DNA from: a phage
Reading direction: 5' to 3' (one strand)
Sequence record: PZ445533.1
DNA: 48,914 nt
The position numbers and the translations under genes were made by a program. The notes below the pieces were generated by a model that ran no database searches, was not told where the DNA came from, and saw only the letters and a program-made list of their open reading frames with translations. The number at the start of each line of letters is the position of its first letter. Position 1 is the stretch's first letter. Below are positions 38,442-45,699 of this stretch, piece after piece.

Positions 38442-38666
38442 TCAAAACGGAAAACAGCGCGGACAACCAGGATCGAAATCGCATCCACAATCATTAACAA
38501 TCATAGTGGGATCTGCAAATATTGCGCTTGATTCAAGATCCATATCCATATCACCTAAAGCCTCATCAAGAGTCTTAATTTTATATGCCACTTCAAGCGC
38601 CGCCTCTTTATTTAGTCCGGCATCTTCTGCCATTTGAAGGCGCTCAAAAAATCCGTCTTGACTCAT
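38442..38666 (-). CDS. Small acidic protein with C-terminal Cys knuckle (CGCDFDPGCPRC)
   Basis: 74 aa, 16 acidic vs about 5 basic residues; stop overlaps RBS of methyltransferase gene. Confidence 0.5.
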   Translation of the reverse strand: MSQDGFFERLQMAEDAGLNKEAALEVAYKIKTLDEALGDMDMDLESSAIFADPTMIVNDCGCDFDPGCPRCFPF

Positions 38667-38779
38667 CGCATAATCCCCTTAATAACAGCCAAGATAATAG
38701 CCAGGCCAGCAGTAGTAACCAAAAAGCCAACCGCGCCAATAATCGAATAAAAAAAGAAATCAATAGCCTTATCTATCAT
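38663..38779 (-). CDS. Small hydrophobic membrane peptide (38 aa)
   Basis: Own translation: MIDKAIDFFFYSIIGAVGFLVTTAGLAIILAVIKGIMR; GAGGTGG RBS; stop TGA overlaps ATG of next gene; not in ORF track (under 60 aa). Confidence 0.4.
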   Translation of the reverse strand: MIDKAIDFFFYSIIGAVGFLVTTAGLAIILAVIKGIMR

Positions 38780-38820
38780 TTCCACCTCATTTAAAAGGCG
38801 GCAAAACGCCGCCATATTAA

Positions 38821-39048
38821 TTAAAGAGCACGCCAACTTTGAATATAGAAAGAGTTTTCTTCCAGTAATTCTTTTAACTGATCTTTATTGTATTTGCGCA
38901 CCTTACCGCCTGGATGGATACCAATAAGATAGCCTCCTTTGCCCTCGGTGATAGTGATTTGGCTAATTCCACAAGACTTATCAAGTTTTACAGCCACGCG
39001 GTGATGAGCGTCAATAGTTGACATAATGTTTAAAACTTTTGCTTTCAT
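38821..39048 (-). CDS. Hypothetical protein
   Basis: 75 aa ORF in minus-strand small-gene block. Confidence 0.45.
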   Translation of the reverse strand: MKAKVLNIMSTIDAHHRVAVKLDKSCGISQITITEGKGGYLIGIHPGGKVRKYNKDQLKELLEENSFYIQSWRAL

Positions 39049-39156
39049 TTAAATATCCTCAATTGAAATATGAATGGCGTCGTGCTCTTTTTCCGTCTCC
39101 GCCGTAATGGTCATTTGCAACCGCTACCATCCAGGCATTTTTGAAAATAAATAGCC

Positions 39157-39369
39157 TCATTTCTTATTTTTCATCTTAAATTTATGGCCTGGAACACCAG
39201 CACCAATATAGCCATCGTTGTATTCCATTAAATAAAGGTGAAGGCCATTATCTGAAATTACATGAGGATCTTCTTTGAGATTTCCCATTAGCGGGTATTC
39301 TTTTCCGCGCGTAAATCTCCAAGTTGAGTCATAAGTTTCTACGCATTTAAGTTTTAATTGCTTTGCCAT
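39157..39369 (-). CDS. Hypothetical protein
   Basis: 70 aa; start overlaps upstream stop (ATGG...TAA). Confidence 0.45.
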   Translation of the reverse strand: MAKQLKLKCVETYDSTWRFTRGKEYPLMGNLKEDPHVISDNGLHLYLMEYNDGYIGAGVPGHKFKMKNKK

Positions 39370-39566
39370 TAGATGATCTCCATGTATGTTTCAAAGCCAT
39401 TTAACTTGAACAGGCCGTTTTCACATTTGCGAACGTTCCAAGTTAGCCCTGAGTGGTACGCCTCCATATCATCAAGGTCAATGGTGATTTCAGCACCTTT
39501 CTTAAACAAACCTTTTTCGTGAGACTTGTCGCGCTTAACAACTTTAACATCAACCTGATTTTCCAT
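39369..39566 (-). CDS. Hypothetical protein
   Basis: 65 aa; directly downstream of motif cassette with GAGGA RBS. Confidence 0.5.
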   Translation of the reverse strand: MENQVDVKVVKRDKSHEKGLFKKGAEITIDLDDMEAYHSGLTWNVRKCENGLFKLNGFETYMEII

Positions 39567-39574
39567 CTTTAAAT

Positions 39575-39643
39575 CCTCGTTTGTTGTCGATGCGCTTACT
39601 ATACCAATCAGCAGCGCATCGTTTTTAACAAAAAGTGCTATTT
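39575..39643 (-). promoter_or_regulatory. Motif cassette
   Basis: Minus-strand motif, hairpin GATGCGCT...AGCGCATC with TATAGT in loop, CATCGACAACAAACGAGGA. Confidence 0.5.
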
Positions 39644-39863
39644 AGTCCAGAAATTCGATTTCACGCTCTCCAGTTAACGGATTTACAAGCCAGAATCCGA
39701 GAGGTTCGCCGTGAACACCGCCATAGAATCCAAGCGCCGCCAGATCTTCACCTTTAACGAATACCAGGTTTCCGCTACGGCTTACGTGAGACACGTTAAC
39801 GATAACCGGAAATATGCGATCCTTAAATGCAGGCCGCAGGGCGTAACATCCGTTATTGAGCAA
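39642..39863 (-). CDS. Hypothetical protein
   Basis: 73 aa; stop TAA immediately followed by motif. Confidence 0.45.
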   Translation of the reverse strand: MLNNGCYALRPAFKDRIFPVIVNVSHVSRSGNLVFVKGEDLAALGFYGGVHGEPLGFWLVNPLTGEREIEFLD

Positions 39864-39917
39864 ACGTGCTTTGCGCTAAACTGGAATAGGTGCATTAATT
39901 TTCATGGTTATTACTCC

Positions 39918-40130
39918 TTATCGTAAAGATTTAAAGACGTATAGTTTATTGCGGTAACTATATATCCGCATTGTTATTTCTCGCAGTGCAATATATTCCT
40001 TCCTGTTTTCCGGCAGACTGGCGAGCAACAACAGACAGTATTTATAAGCGCGATCAAGATTCCTTTCCGTGCCCCTGCAATATCCCTTGTTGCGCCTGGA
40101 GCGGTACAGCCATAACAATTTCTTGAACAT
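39918..40130 (-). CDS. Hypothetical basic small protein (uncertain)
   Basis: 70 aa from internal ATG placed 1 nt after stop of upstream gene (TGAAATG); Arg/Lys-rich. Confidence 0.3.
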   Translation of the reverse strand: MFKKLLWLYRSRRNKGYCRGTERNLDRAYKYCLLLLASLPENRKEYIALREITMRIYSYRNKLYVFKSLR

Positions 40131-40131
40131 T

Positions 40132-40341
40132 TCAGATCCGCCCATACAGATCGCAAACTTCGTTGATAAAACAGCGTTGAGACTCTTTATCCTGCTTCTC
40201 AAACATCGCACGGCACTCATAGCGGTGATTATGTACGATGACAACAACCATATTTTCAGGTGCTGACGGGTGACGCGCGGAAGCGTCGCAGATTGAAACA
40301 TCCATACCCATCTCATGTGCTTTCTTGATCACATCCAACAT
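40132..40341 (-). CDS. Hypothetical protein
   Basis: 69 aa from second ATG; protein-like composition. Confidence 0.4.
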   Translation of the reverse strand: MLDVIKKAHEMGMDVSICDASARHPSAPENMVVVIVHNHRYECRAMFEKQDKESQRCFINEVCDLYGRI

Positions 40342-40595
40342 TTTTTCTTCTCCTGCAATAAGCAAACATCATTGATAAAATCAGCACGGCCCTTAATGTT
40401 GCTGATGTGGAACGTCTTTTCAGCGTACAGGCCATCACCTTCAATCACGATCATTACGCGAGTCGGTTTATTCACGGGCGCACACGAAAAGAGTGGTCGC
40501 GCCGGAAGAAATTTAGTGGTCACATCCAGGTTAGCCCTGGCGGCCCTGCAAAATGCCTCCGCCAGATCCAAATCATTTTCGGTAATCACCGCCAT
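40329..40595 (-). CDS. Hypothetical protein
   Basis: 88 aa; ATGA-type coupling with upstream gene. Confidence 0.45.
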   Translation of the reverse strand: MAVITENDLDLAEAFCRAARANLDVTTKFLPARPLFSCAPVNKPTRVMIVIEGDGLYAEKTFHISNIKGRADFINDVCLLQEKKKCWM

Positions 40596-40867
40596 TACTT
40601 TTTGATCTCCTTACTGATAAATTTCAGCACATGGCGCAAGAAAACTTCGTTGTTGATAGTCGCTGGCAATTCTTCTTTCACTTCTTGCGGCAGATAGATA
40701 TTGCCGTGCCAGGTCAAGCAATCGTAGTTGATACGATAAGAGCAAAGCCACTCGCAATCGTTATCTGCTTCCCAAATGCAGAGTTGCAGAACATCGCCAA
40801 AATCTTCAACAGTCAGATCCAGACCGTGACGCTTAGCGAAATTGAAAGTGGTTTTGCTGATGTTCAT
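40595..40867 (-). CDS. Hypothetical protein, first gene of leftward small-gene operon
   Basis: 90 aa; AGGAG RBS; motif cassette immediately upstream. Confidence 0.55.
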   Translation of the reverse strand: MNISKTTFNFAKRHGLDLTVEDFGDVLQLCIWEADNDCEWLCSYRINYDCLTWHGNIYLPQEVKEELPATINNEVFLRHVLKFISKEIKK

Positions 40868-40874
40868 TTACTAT

Positions 40875-40946
40875 CTCCTGAGCGGTTCGTTTCGATGTGT
40901 GTAATGTACCCGATCAGGCGGCCTGATTTTTAACAAAAAGTGCTAT
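40875..40946 (-). promoter_or_regulatory. Motif cassette at head of leftward small-gene operon
   Basis: Minus-strand motif, hairpin ATCAGGCCGCCTGAT, TACATT, CATCGAAACGAACC, RBS AGGAG. Confidence 0.5.
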
Positions 40947-40949
40947 TTG

Positions 40950-41485
40950 ACGGTTAGCACCAGGATTGTGATCGAAATAATCAAAAGTAATCATTCGTAA
41001 TCAAATCACGTCAAAATGATGATTGCCTTTGCAAATTTGATGAGAAAAGTAATCACGTTTAATCATTGGTTGCAGGGGAGATAGTGAAACCCTCCACTCT
41101 TGCCTCACTTTTCCGCCTGGCTGTCAGTGGTTGTTATGTTCCGTTCCCGCCTGTTCTTTTGTTGACCTTCCGCAAAATACGATAACAAAAAATAACAAAC
41201 AATACCTATATAATACATTGAAAAATAAGGATTATTTATTTATATGTATCTATATATTCTCTTTTGTTATCTTGGTTATTGTGGTATTTGGTGGGGGTAT
41301 ATAGTTTTTGTGTATCTGTATGTGTGTATGGGTATGTAGGGGCATATATATCTATATGGCACTTTCCGCGAGAAAACTTCGATAACAGGCAATGATAACA
41401 TTGATTTATAAGGAAAAATAACGCCCATATTGTTATTGTGCCACCATATAAAATTGATAAAACACGCGGGAACAAGAAAAAACAG
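40950..41485. repeat. AT-rich divergent control region B, homologous to region A, with (G)TAATCA iteron-like repeats
   Basis: Five TAATCA copies 40975-41075; shared blocks TTATTTATTTAT, GTATCTGTATGTG, GGGAACAAGAAAAA with region A. Confidence 0.5.
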
Positions 41486-41514
41486 TTGACACATTAAATA
41501 GCATTATTGATAAT
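41486..41514 (+). promoter_or_regulatory. Sigma70-like promoter (TTGACA-17-GATAAT) for rightward operon
   Basis: TTGACA 41486-41491, 17-nt spacer, GATAAT 41509-41514, RBS AGGAGG and ATG 41544 downstream. Confidence 0.6.
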
Positions 41515-41543
41515 GCCGACACCTAACAACCAGGAGGTAGAAA

Positions 41544-42008
41544 ATGAGCGAGCAATCATTCACTGACACGCTGCGCCGTGCAGCTATTATGCTGGCTAAT
41601 GGCGAGGAAGAGACGATCAAGATTCCTGACGCGTATTTGCAGGTCCACATGTTCGGCAAGAAGTCGGCAAGCAATCCGGCGGCCTACATTCGCCAGATCA
41701 TGAGTCGAGTGCCAGAAGTCGCCGAGCGGGGGCGCGTATCCGTTACCCGTGGCGTTTACGGGCCGGAAGATGAAAACTTCGGTAGCACTTTCTACGAGGT
41801 GCGGATTGTTGAAGGCCGTCGCAAGGTTTACAACAAAGAGGCACTGGAAAGGGCAGTGCGCCAGGCTAAGCGCAAGGTTGCAGAGGCGATCATTGATATG
41901 TCACCAAACCTGGCAAACTATGCGCCGGAAGAGTACGAAACATTATCAAAGGCCGTCGCTGACTTTCACGCGATGATCAAAAAAACTTTCCTGGAGGATG
42001 AGCAATGA
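41544..42008 (+). CDS. Hypothetical protein, first gene of rightward operon
   Basis: 154 aa; AGGAGG RBS; canonical sigma70-like promoter about 30 bp upstream. Confidence 0.6.
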   Translation: MSEQSFTDTLRRAAIMLANGEEETIKIPDAYLQVHMFGKKSASNPAAYIRQIMSRVPEVAERGRVSVTRGVYGPEDENFGSTFYEVRIVEGRRKVYNKEALERAVRQAKRKVAEAIIDMSPNLANYAPEEYETLSKAVADFHAMIKKTFLEDEQ

Positions 42009-42277
42009 AAAAGGCATTAATCAGCGTTTTGGCGGCAATGGCATTCCTGACCGGATGCAAAGAAGATGGCGCGCATGTTGGCAATGTGCAGATGGCTAAC
42101 CCTGGTGATGACTACAGCGTAAGGGAGCTATTCACCGCTGACGGTTGCACCGTTTACCGATTCTATGACGATCGCACTGTTTACTTCACCAACTGCAAGG
42201 GCACTACTAGCTGGGAAGTGTCGAAAAGCAATGGCAAAGGCACGAAGACAGAACATATGACCGTCGAGACAAAATAG
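42005..42277 (+). CDS. Lipoprotein (second superinfection-exclusion candidate)
   Basis: 90 aa; signal peptide and lipobox LTGC; ATGA overlap with upstream gene; stop TAG within motif. Confidence 0.55.
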   Translation: MKKALISVLAAMAFLTGCKEDGAHVGNVQMANPGDDYSVRELFTADGCTVYRFYDDRTVYFTNCKGTTSWEVSKSNGKGTKTEHMTVETK

Positions 42278-42335
42278 CACTTTTTGTTAAAACTCAAATG
42301 TGGGGCCAGGTATAATGGCCTCACTTTCAACGAGA
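42272..42335 (+). promoter_or_regulatory. Motif cassette
   Basis: Motif with TAG stop of lipoprotein gene; hairpin GGCC...GGCC with TATAAT in loop, 21 nt after TTGTTA. Confidence 0.5.
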
Positions 42336-42346
42336 GGGGAAACGCG

Positions 42347-42574
42347 ATGGAAAGTTTAATCATCCAGAAGAAAATGAAGTGCGTCAGTGTAGCGCCAGGT
42401 TGCGGCTTTATGTTCACGGTGGGAAATATCTACTCCGCGCAGAAGATGAGAACATCAACCGGATCGTTTTACGTCAATAATAATCAGGGATTCCGCATGT
42501 TCCTGAACGGTCAAAGTGGCAACGAAATTTGCGCTTACGCCGACCTTATCGCAACCTTTGAGGAAGTGAAATAA
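42347..42574 (+). CDS. Hypothetical protein
   Basis: 75 aa from ATG 42347 with GAGGGG RBS downstream of motif cassette. Confidence 0.45.
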   Translation: MESLIIQKKMKCVSVAPGCGFMFTVGNIYSAQKMRTSTGSFYVNNNQGFRMFLNGQSGNEICAYADLIATFEEVK

Positions 42575-42987
42575 TGGATGACTGCATGCCGTTTCCTGGA
42601 TATAGAAATAAAGATGGTTACGGTCAGGTTTGCATAAATGGTGTAGTTGTTGGTGCTCACGGGTTAGCATATTGCAGAGCTAACAACCTTTCACTTAATG
42701 ATATACGTGGAATGGTTGTAAGGCATAGGTGTGATAATCCGCCGTGCTGCAATCCTGATCATTTGGAGATAGGAACGCAAAGGGATAACGTTATTGATTG
42801 CATAAAGCGAGGAAGGTTTAAAAGTAATGCTGGTGTTAATAATCCAAGAGCAAAATTGAATTACGACACAGCAGAAGAGATTCGCAAAGAGTACGCTAGC
42901 GGCGTAGTGTCTATGGGGGCGCTAGCTGAGAAATACATGGTTGGTAAAAGCACAATAAAAAGAGTTATTGACCGGAGCATTTGGTGA
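42574..42987 (+). CDS. HNH homing endonuclease
   Basis: HRCDNPPCCNPDHLEIGTQRDN HNH motif with Cys pairs; free-standing between small genes. Confidence 0.75.
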   Translation: MDDCMPFPGYRNKDGYGQVCINGVVVGAHGLAYCRANNLSLNDIRGMVVRHRCDNPPCCNPDHLEIGTQRDNVIDCIKRGRFKSNAGVNNPRAKLNYDTAEEIRKEYASGVVSMGALAEKYMVGKSTIKRVIDRSIW

Positions 42988-43526
42988 TGAAAATTTATAC
43001 ATTTGAACTATGGGGCAATAAGTACGAATTTACGACAAGCAAGCCTATTGTTGTGTGCGATCTCGACGGCACGCTATCGGACGGATCGCATCGTTTGCAC
43101 TTGCTGCCAACCGAAAACTTGCACCTTACGGAATCGTGGAGCGAATTTAACAGGGCAGCCGCCGCAGATTCACCGATTAAGAGCACGATTGCTGTTATCA
43201 ATGGTTTGTGGGTATCTGGCTTTGCCGTCGTTATCCTTACCGGACGCAGCGACGAAGTGCGCTATGAAACATGTAAATGGCTGAATGAGAACGGCGTGAA
43301 GTTTGACGAAATCATCATGCGTCGCCAGCAGGACAACCGAAAGGATACGGTTATTAAAGAAGAAGCCTTGCGCGCTATTGGATTGGGCAACATTGTTTGC
43401 GCCTTTGACGATTCTCCGAATGTGGTTAAGCACTTCCGAAGCCTGGGGATCACAACCTATCAGGTCACGGAATACGACAAGCCACACGCTCACCTGCAAT
43501 CTCACGGCGTGGAGTGTTTAAAATGA
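42987..43526 (+). CDS. HAD-family phosphatase (nucleotidase or polynucleotide 3'-phosphatase-like)
   Basis: DxDGT motif (VVCDLDGTL) at N-terminus, later hhhhTGR and FDD motifs typical of HAD fold; TGATG overlap with HNH gene. Confidence 0.6.
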   Translation: MKIYTFELWGNKYEFTTSKPIVVCDLDGTLSDGSHRLHLLPTENLHLTESWSEFNRAAAADSPIKSTIAVINGLWVSGFAVVILTGRSDEVRYETCKWLNENGVKFDEIIMRRQQDNRKDTVIKEEALRAIGLGNIVCAFDDSPNVVKHFRSLGITTYQVTEYDKPHAHLQSHGVECLK

Positions 43527-43684
43527 CTTGGTTGCTTTTAATCTTTGTCACAAGTTACAACTCCGCAGCTATTGAGTCGCAGGAGTTCCACGGCGAATCA
43601 AGATGCCAGGAAGCGCGAAAGCAAGTTGTTCTCCACATGTCAGATAGTGGGAAGGATGTAACAGCGTTATGCGTTCGTAAATAG
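43523..43684 (+). CDS. Small protein with N-terminal hydrophobic/signal-like segment (53 aa)
   Basis: Own translation MTWLLLIFVTSYNSAAIESQEF...; ATGA overlap with upstream stop; TAG stop is the TAG of the 21-bp motif. Confidence 0.4.
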   Translation: MTWLLLIFVTSYNSAAIESQEFHGESRCQEARKQVVLHMSDSGKDVTALCVRK

Positions 43685-43775
43685 CACTTTTTGTTAAAGC
43701 ATTCCATCGGGCTTGCTTTATAGTAAGCCCATCAACAACGAAAGAGGAAAGCATCATGTTGTTACAGCAGACGAG
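43679..43775 (+). promoter_or_regulatory. Motif cassette
   Basis: Motif, hairpin GGGCTT...AAGCCC with TATAGT in loop, ATCAACAACGAAAGAGGAAA. Confidence 0.5.
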
Positions 43776-43786
43776 GAGACGAAGAA

Positions 43787-44056
43787 ATGACACGCAAAAT
43801 TGAAATATTCCAGGCCATAGACAGAATCGACATGAGGGATTCACTATTCGCTATTGAGTCCATTGATGGCGAAGACGTCGCCTACAACGTAGAGCTGGAT
43901 GAATACAGCTTCGACTGTGTGCGCAAAAAGTTTGCAGATAAAATTGCTATGCAAGGCCGATGCTTGCATAAAGACTCAAGCATAGAGCCTAGACGAAGCG
44001 ACATGATTAATCCAAAACTTGTTGAGACTATTACTTTTGTGGAGAGCAGAAAATGA
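43787..44056 (+). CDS. Hypothetical protein
   Basis: 89 aa downstream of motif cassette; ATGA overlap with kinase gene. Confidence 0.5.
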   Translation: MTRKIEIFQAIDRIDMRDSLFAIESIDGEDVAYNVELDEYSFDCVRKKFADKIAMQGRCLHKDSSIEPRRSDMINPKLVETITFVESRK

Positions 44057-44643
44057 AAAGAGACATCATTATCCTGAATGGGCCACCTGGAGTGGGAAAG
44101 GACACCATTGCGGCATACCTTACCGGACACCAATACCCAGCAGTTAAGGCATCATTCAAACAGCCAATGTTCGATATTGCGTTCTCCATGCTTGGTGTGT
44201 ACAGATACGATGAATTTATGGACTTGTACAACGACCGGGAACAGAAAGAAAAGCCTCAAGTGATATTGCAGGGCAAATCACCGCGTCAGTTCATGATCTG
44301 GATTAGCGAGGAGGTAATGAAGCCAGCATTTGGGGAACAGTATTTCGGCTGGAGAATGGTTGAGCAGATTCACGAAATGTACCGCGACCTTGCAATTATC
44401 GTAACAGACGGCGGCTTTCCAGAAGAAATCAAGCCACTGATTAAAGCAGGTCACAAAGTGCACATTTGCCGACTGCATCGCGAGGGGTACACGTTCGATG
44501 GCGACTCGCGAAACTATATCGACATGGGCGACTATCATCACCGCCTCAAGCATTACGATTTCACGTTGCACGATGGCGAGCCAGAAAAGACGGTGGAGGA
44601 AATCATCGAAACCGTGCAGTGGCATTTCACAAAAATCAAATAG
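44053..44643 (+). CDS. P-loop nucleotide kinase (dNMP-kinase-like, GKDT motif)
   Basis: N-terminal IILNGPPGVGKDT Walker A resembling phage deoxynucleoside-monophosphate kinases; stop TAG within motif variant. Confidence 0.6.
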   Translation: MKRDIIILNGPPGVGKDTIAAYLTGHQYPAVKASFKQPMFDIAFSMLGVYRYDEFMDLYNDREQKEKPQVILQGKSPRQFMIWISEEVMKPAFGEQYFGWRMVEQIHEMYRDLAIIVTDGGFPEEIKPLIKAGHKVHICRLHREGYTFDGDSRNYIDMGDYHHRLKHYDFTLHDGEPEKTVEEIIETVQWHFTKIK

Positions 44644-44705
44644 CACGAATTGCTAAACGCGGGGCGCAATGCTCCGCTATAATTTACCCCGTTCAGTAAA
44701 CATAG
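44639..44705 (+). promoter_or_regulatory. Motif cassette (variant box AAATAGCACGAATTGCTAAA)
   Basis: Variant box containing kinase stop TAG, GC hairpin, TATAAT 22 nt after TTGCTA. Confidence 0.45.
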
Positions 44706-44714
44706 GAATCAACA

Positions 44715-45116
44715 ATGTTAGAGCTAAGCAATATCCGCACCGGAACAAAATTTCGCGTAACCTGGGCAGACGAAAAATGCGGCCTTCGTCGTGGTGAGAT
44801 TGTAACCGCCCAATCCCGTTACATCGGCAGACTGGAGAACTACAAGCGCCCACGCATTAAATTCGGCTACATCATCACCGATAGCCTGGGATTCGACAAT
44901 TACGTGATCAAGTCCAGCACCGGAATCATCGCAGACCTTAAGCGAATCCGTAATCATCGCGGCTGTCACATAAAGACCATGAAAACACCATTCCAGAACG
45001 CCCGATACGATGCGCGACGTATGCGCCGACTTGCTCGCAACGCCTGTAAGTTCAAGAAGACTGGCGATGATTTTTACAAAACCTACCAGGGGATCGCGCG
45101 CAATGCTGGCAAATAA
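44715..45116 (+). CDS. Hypothetical basic protein
   Basis: 133 aa downstream of motif cassette. Confidence 0.5.
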   Translation: MLELSNIRTGTKFRVTWADEKCGLRRGEIVTAQSRYIGRLENYKRPRIKFGYIITDSLGFDNYVIKSSTGIIADLKRIRNHRGCHIKTMKTPFQNARYDARRMRRLARNACKFKKTGDDFYKTYQGIARNAGK

Positions 45117-45215
45117 CGTCGATTCGACTAATCCAAAGCCGCCATTTGATTTTCATAAGGCGATGGCTGTGATACTATTCGTTCTGTTAATTTTTCACTG
45201 TTTGAGGTTTGGATT

Positions 45216-45467
45216 ATGGTTGTCAATGCACTAAAGCGGCTTATTCGTCCAGAATACAGGATCGTATGTTGCACTGAATGCAAAGTTTACTACCTGCAAC
45301 GTCGTAGCACCTGGCGCGGTCGCTGGGAATATCTGACAGAGGATTCATTCGGCCTGTTCGCTATGGAGTTTGCTCGATACAGTTCGGCGGCAATGTACGC
45401 GAAAACAGCGCACCGATTCCGCAAATCACGACTTCGTTTGCTTGTTGTTAATAAGTGCGATGCATAG
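45216..45467 (+). CDS. Hypothetical protein (CxxC motif)
   Basis: 83 aa, GAGG RBS. Confidence 0.45.
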   Translation: MVVNALKRLIRPEYRIVCCTECKVYYLQRRSTWRGRWEYLTEDSFGLFAMEFARYSSAAMYAKTAHRFRKSRLRLLVVNKCDA

Positions 45468-45475
45468 GATCACGA

Positions 45476-45655
45476 ATGAAAATAGCAATTATCACTTTTA
45501 TTGCCCTTATCGCTGGTTGCTACCTTGCTTATAATTATAGCGGCATTGTTGAGTCAATCGGCGGGTTGATTATCTTCATGGCTGGCGGTTATGCTGGCTA
45601 TTGTGACGGATTCGAAAACGGAAAGCGTTATGTGCTGACCGGAAAGAAAAAGTAA
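45476..45655 (+). CDS. Small membrane protein (two predicted TM segments)
   Basis: 59 aa from ATG 45476 with AGGA RBS; hydrophobic segments IAIITFIALIAGCYLAY and GGLIIFMAGGYAGY. Confidence 0.45.
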   Translation: MKIAIITFIALIAGCYLAYNYSGIVESIGGLIIFMAGGYAGYCDGFENGKRYVLTGKKK

Positions 45656-45699
45656 AACACGCGCCGCCGCAAGGTGGCGTTTTCTATAGGAGAAAGAAA

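Noticed and set aside
39918-40316. Full-length 132-aa ORF 39918-40316
   Set aside because: Its N-terminal half overlaps 40132-40341 in another frame and is Arg/Leu-rich noise; only the C-terminal 70 codons after the upstream stop are retained, at low confidence.
43003-43505. Overlapping ORFs 43003-43284 (+), 43170-43505 (-), 43262-43453 (-), 43303-43521 (+)
   Set aside because: All lie inside the HAD phosphatase gene in alternative frames or antisense; no independent support.
45010-45234. ORF 45010-45234 (74 aa)
   Set aside because: Largely overlaps 44715-45116 in another frame and lacks an RBS; 45216-45467 explains the downstream coding signal.
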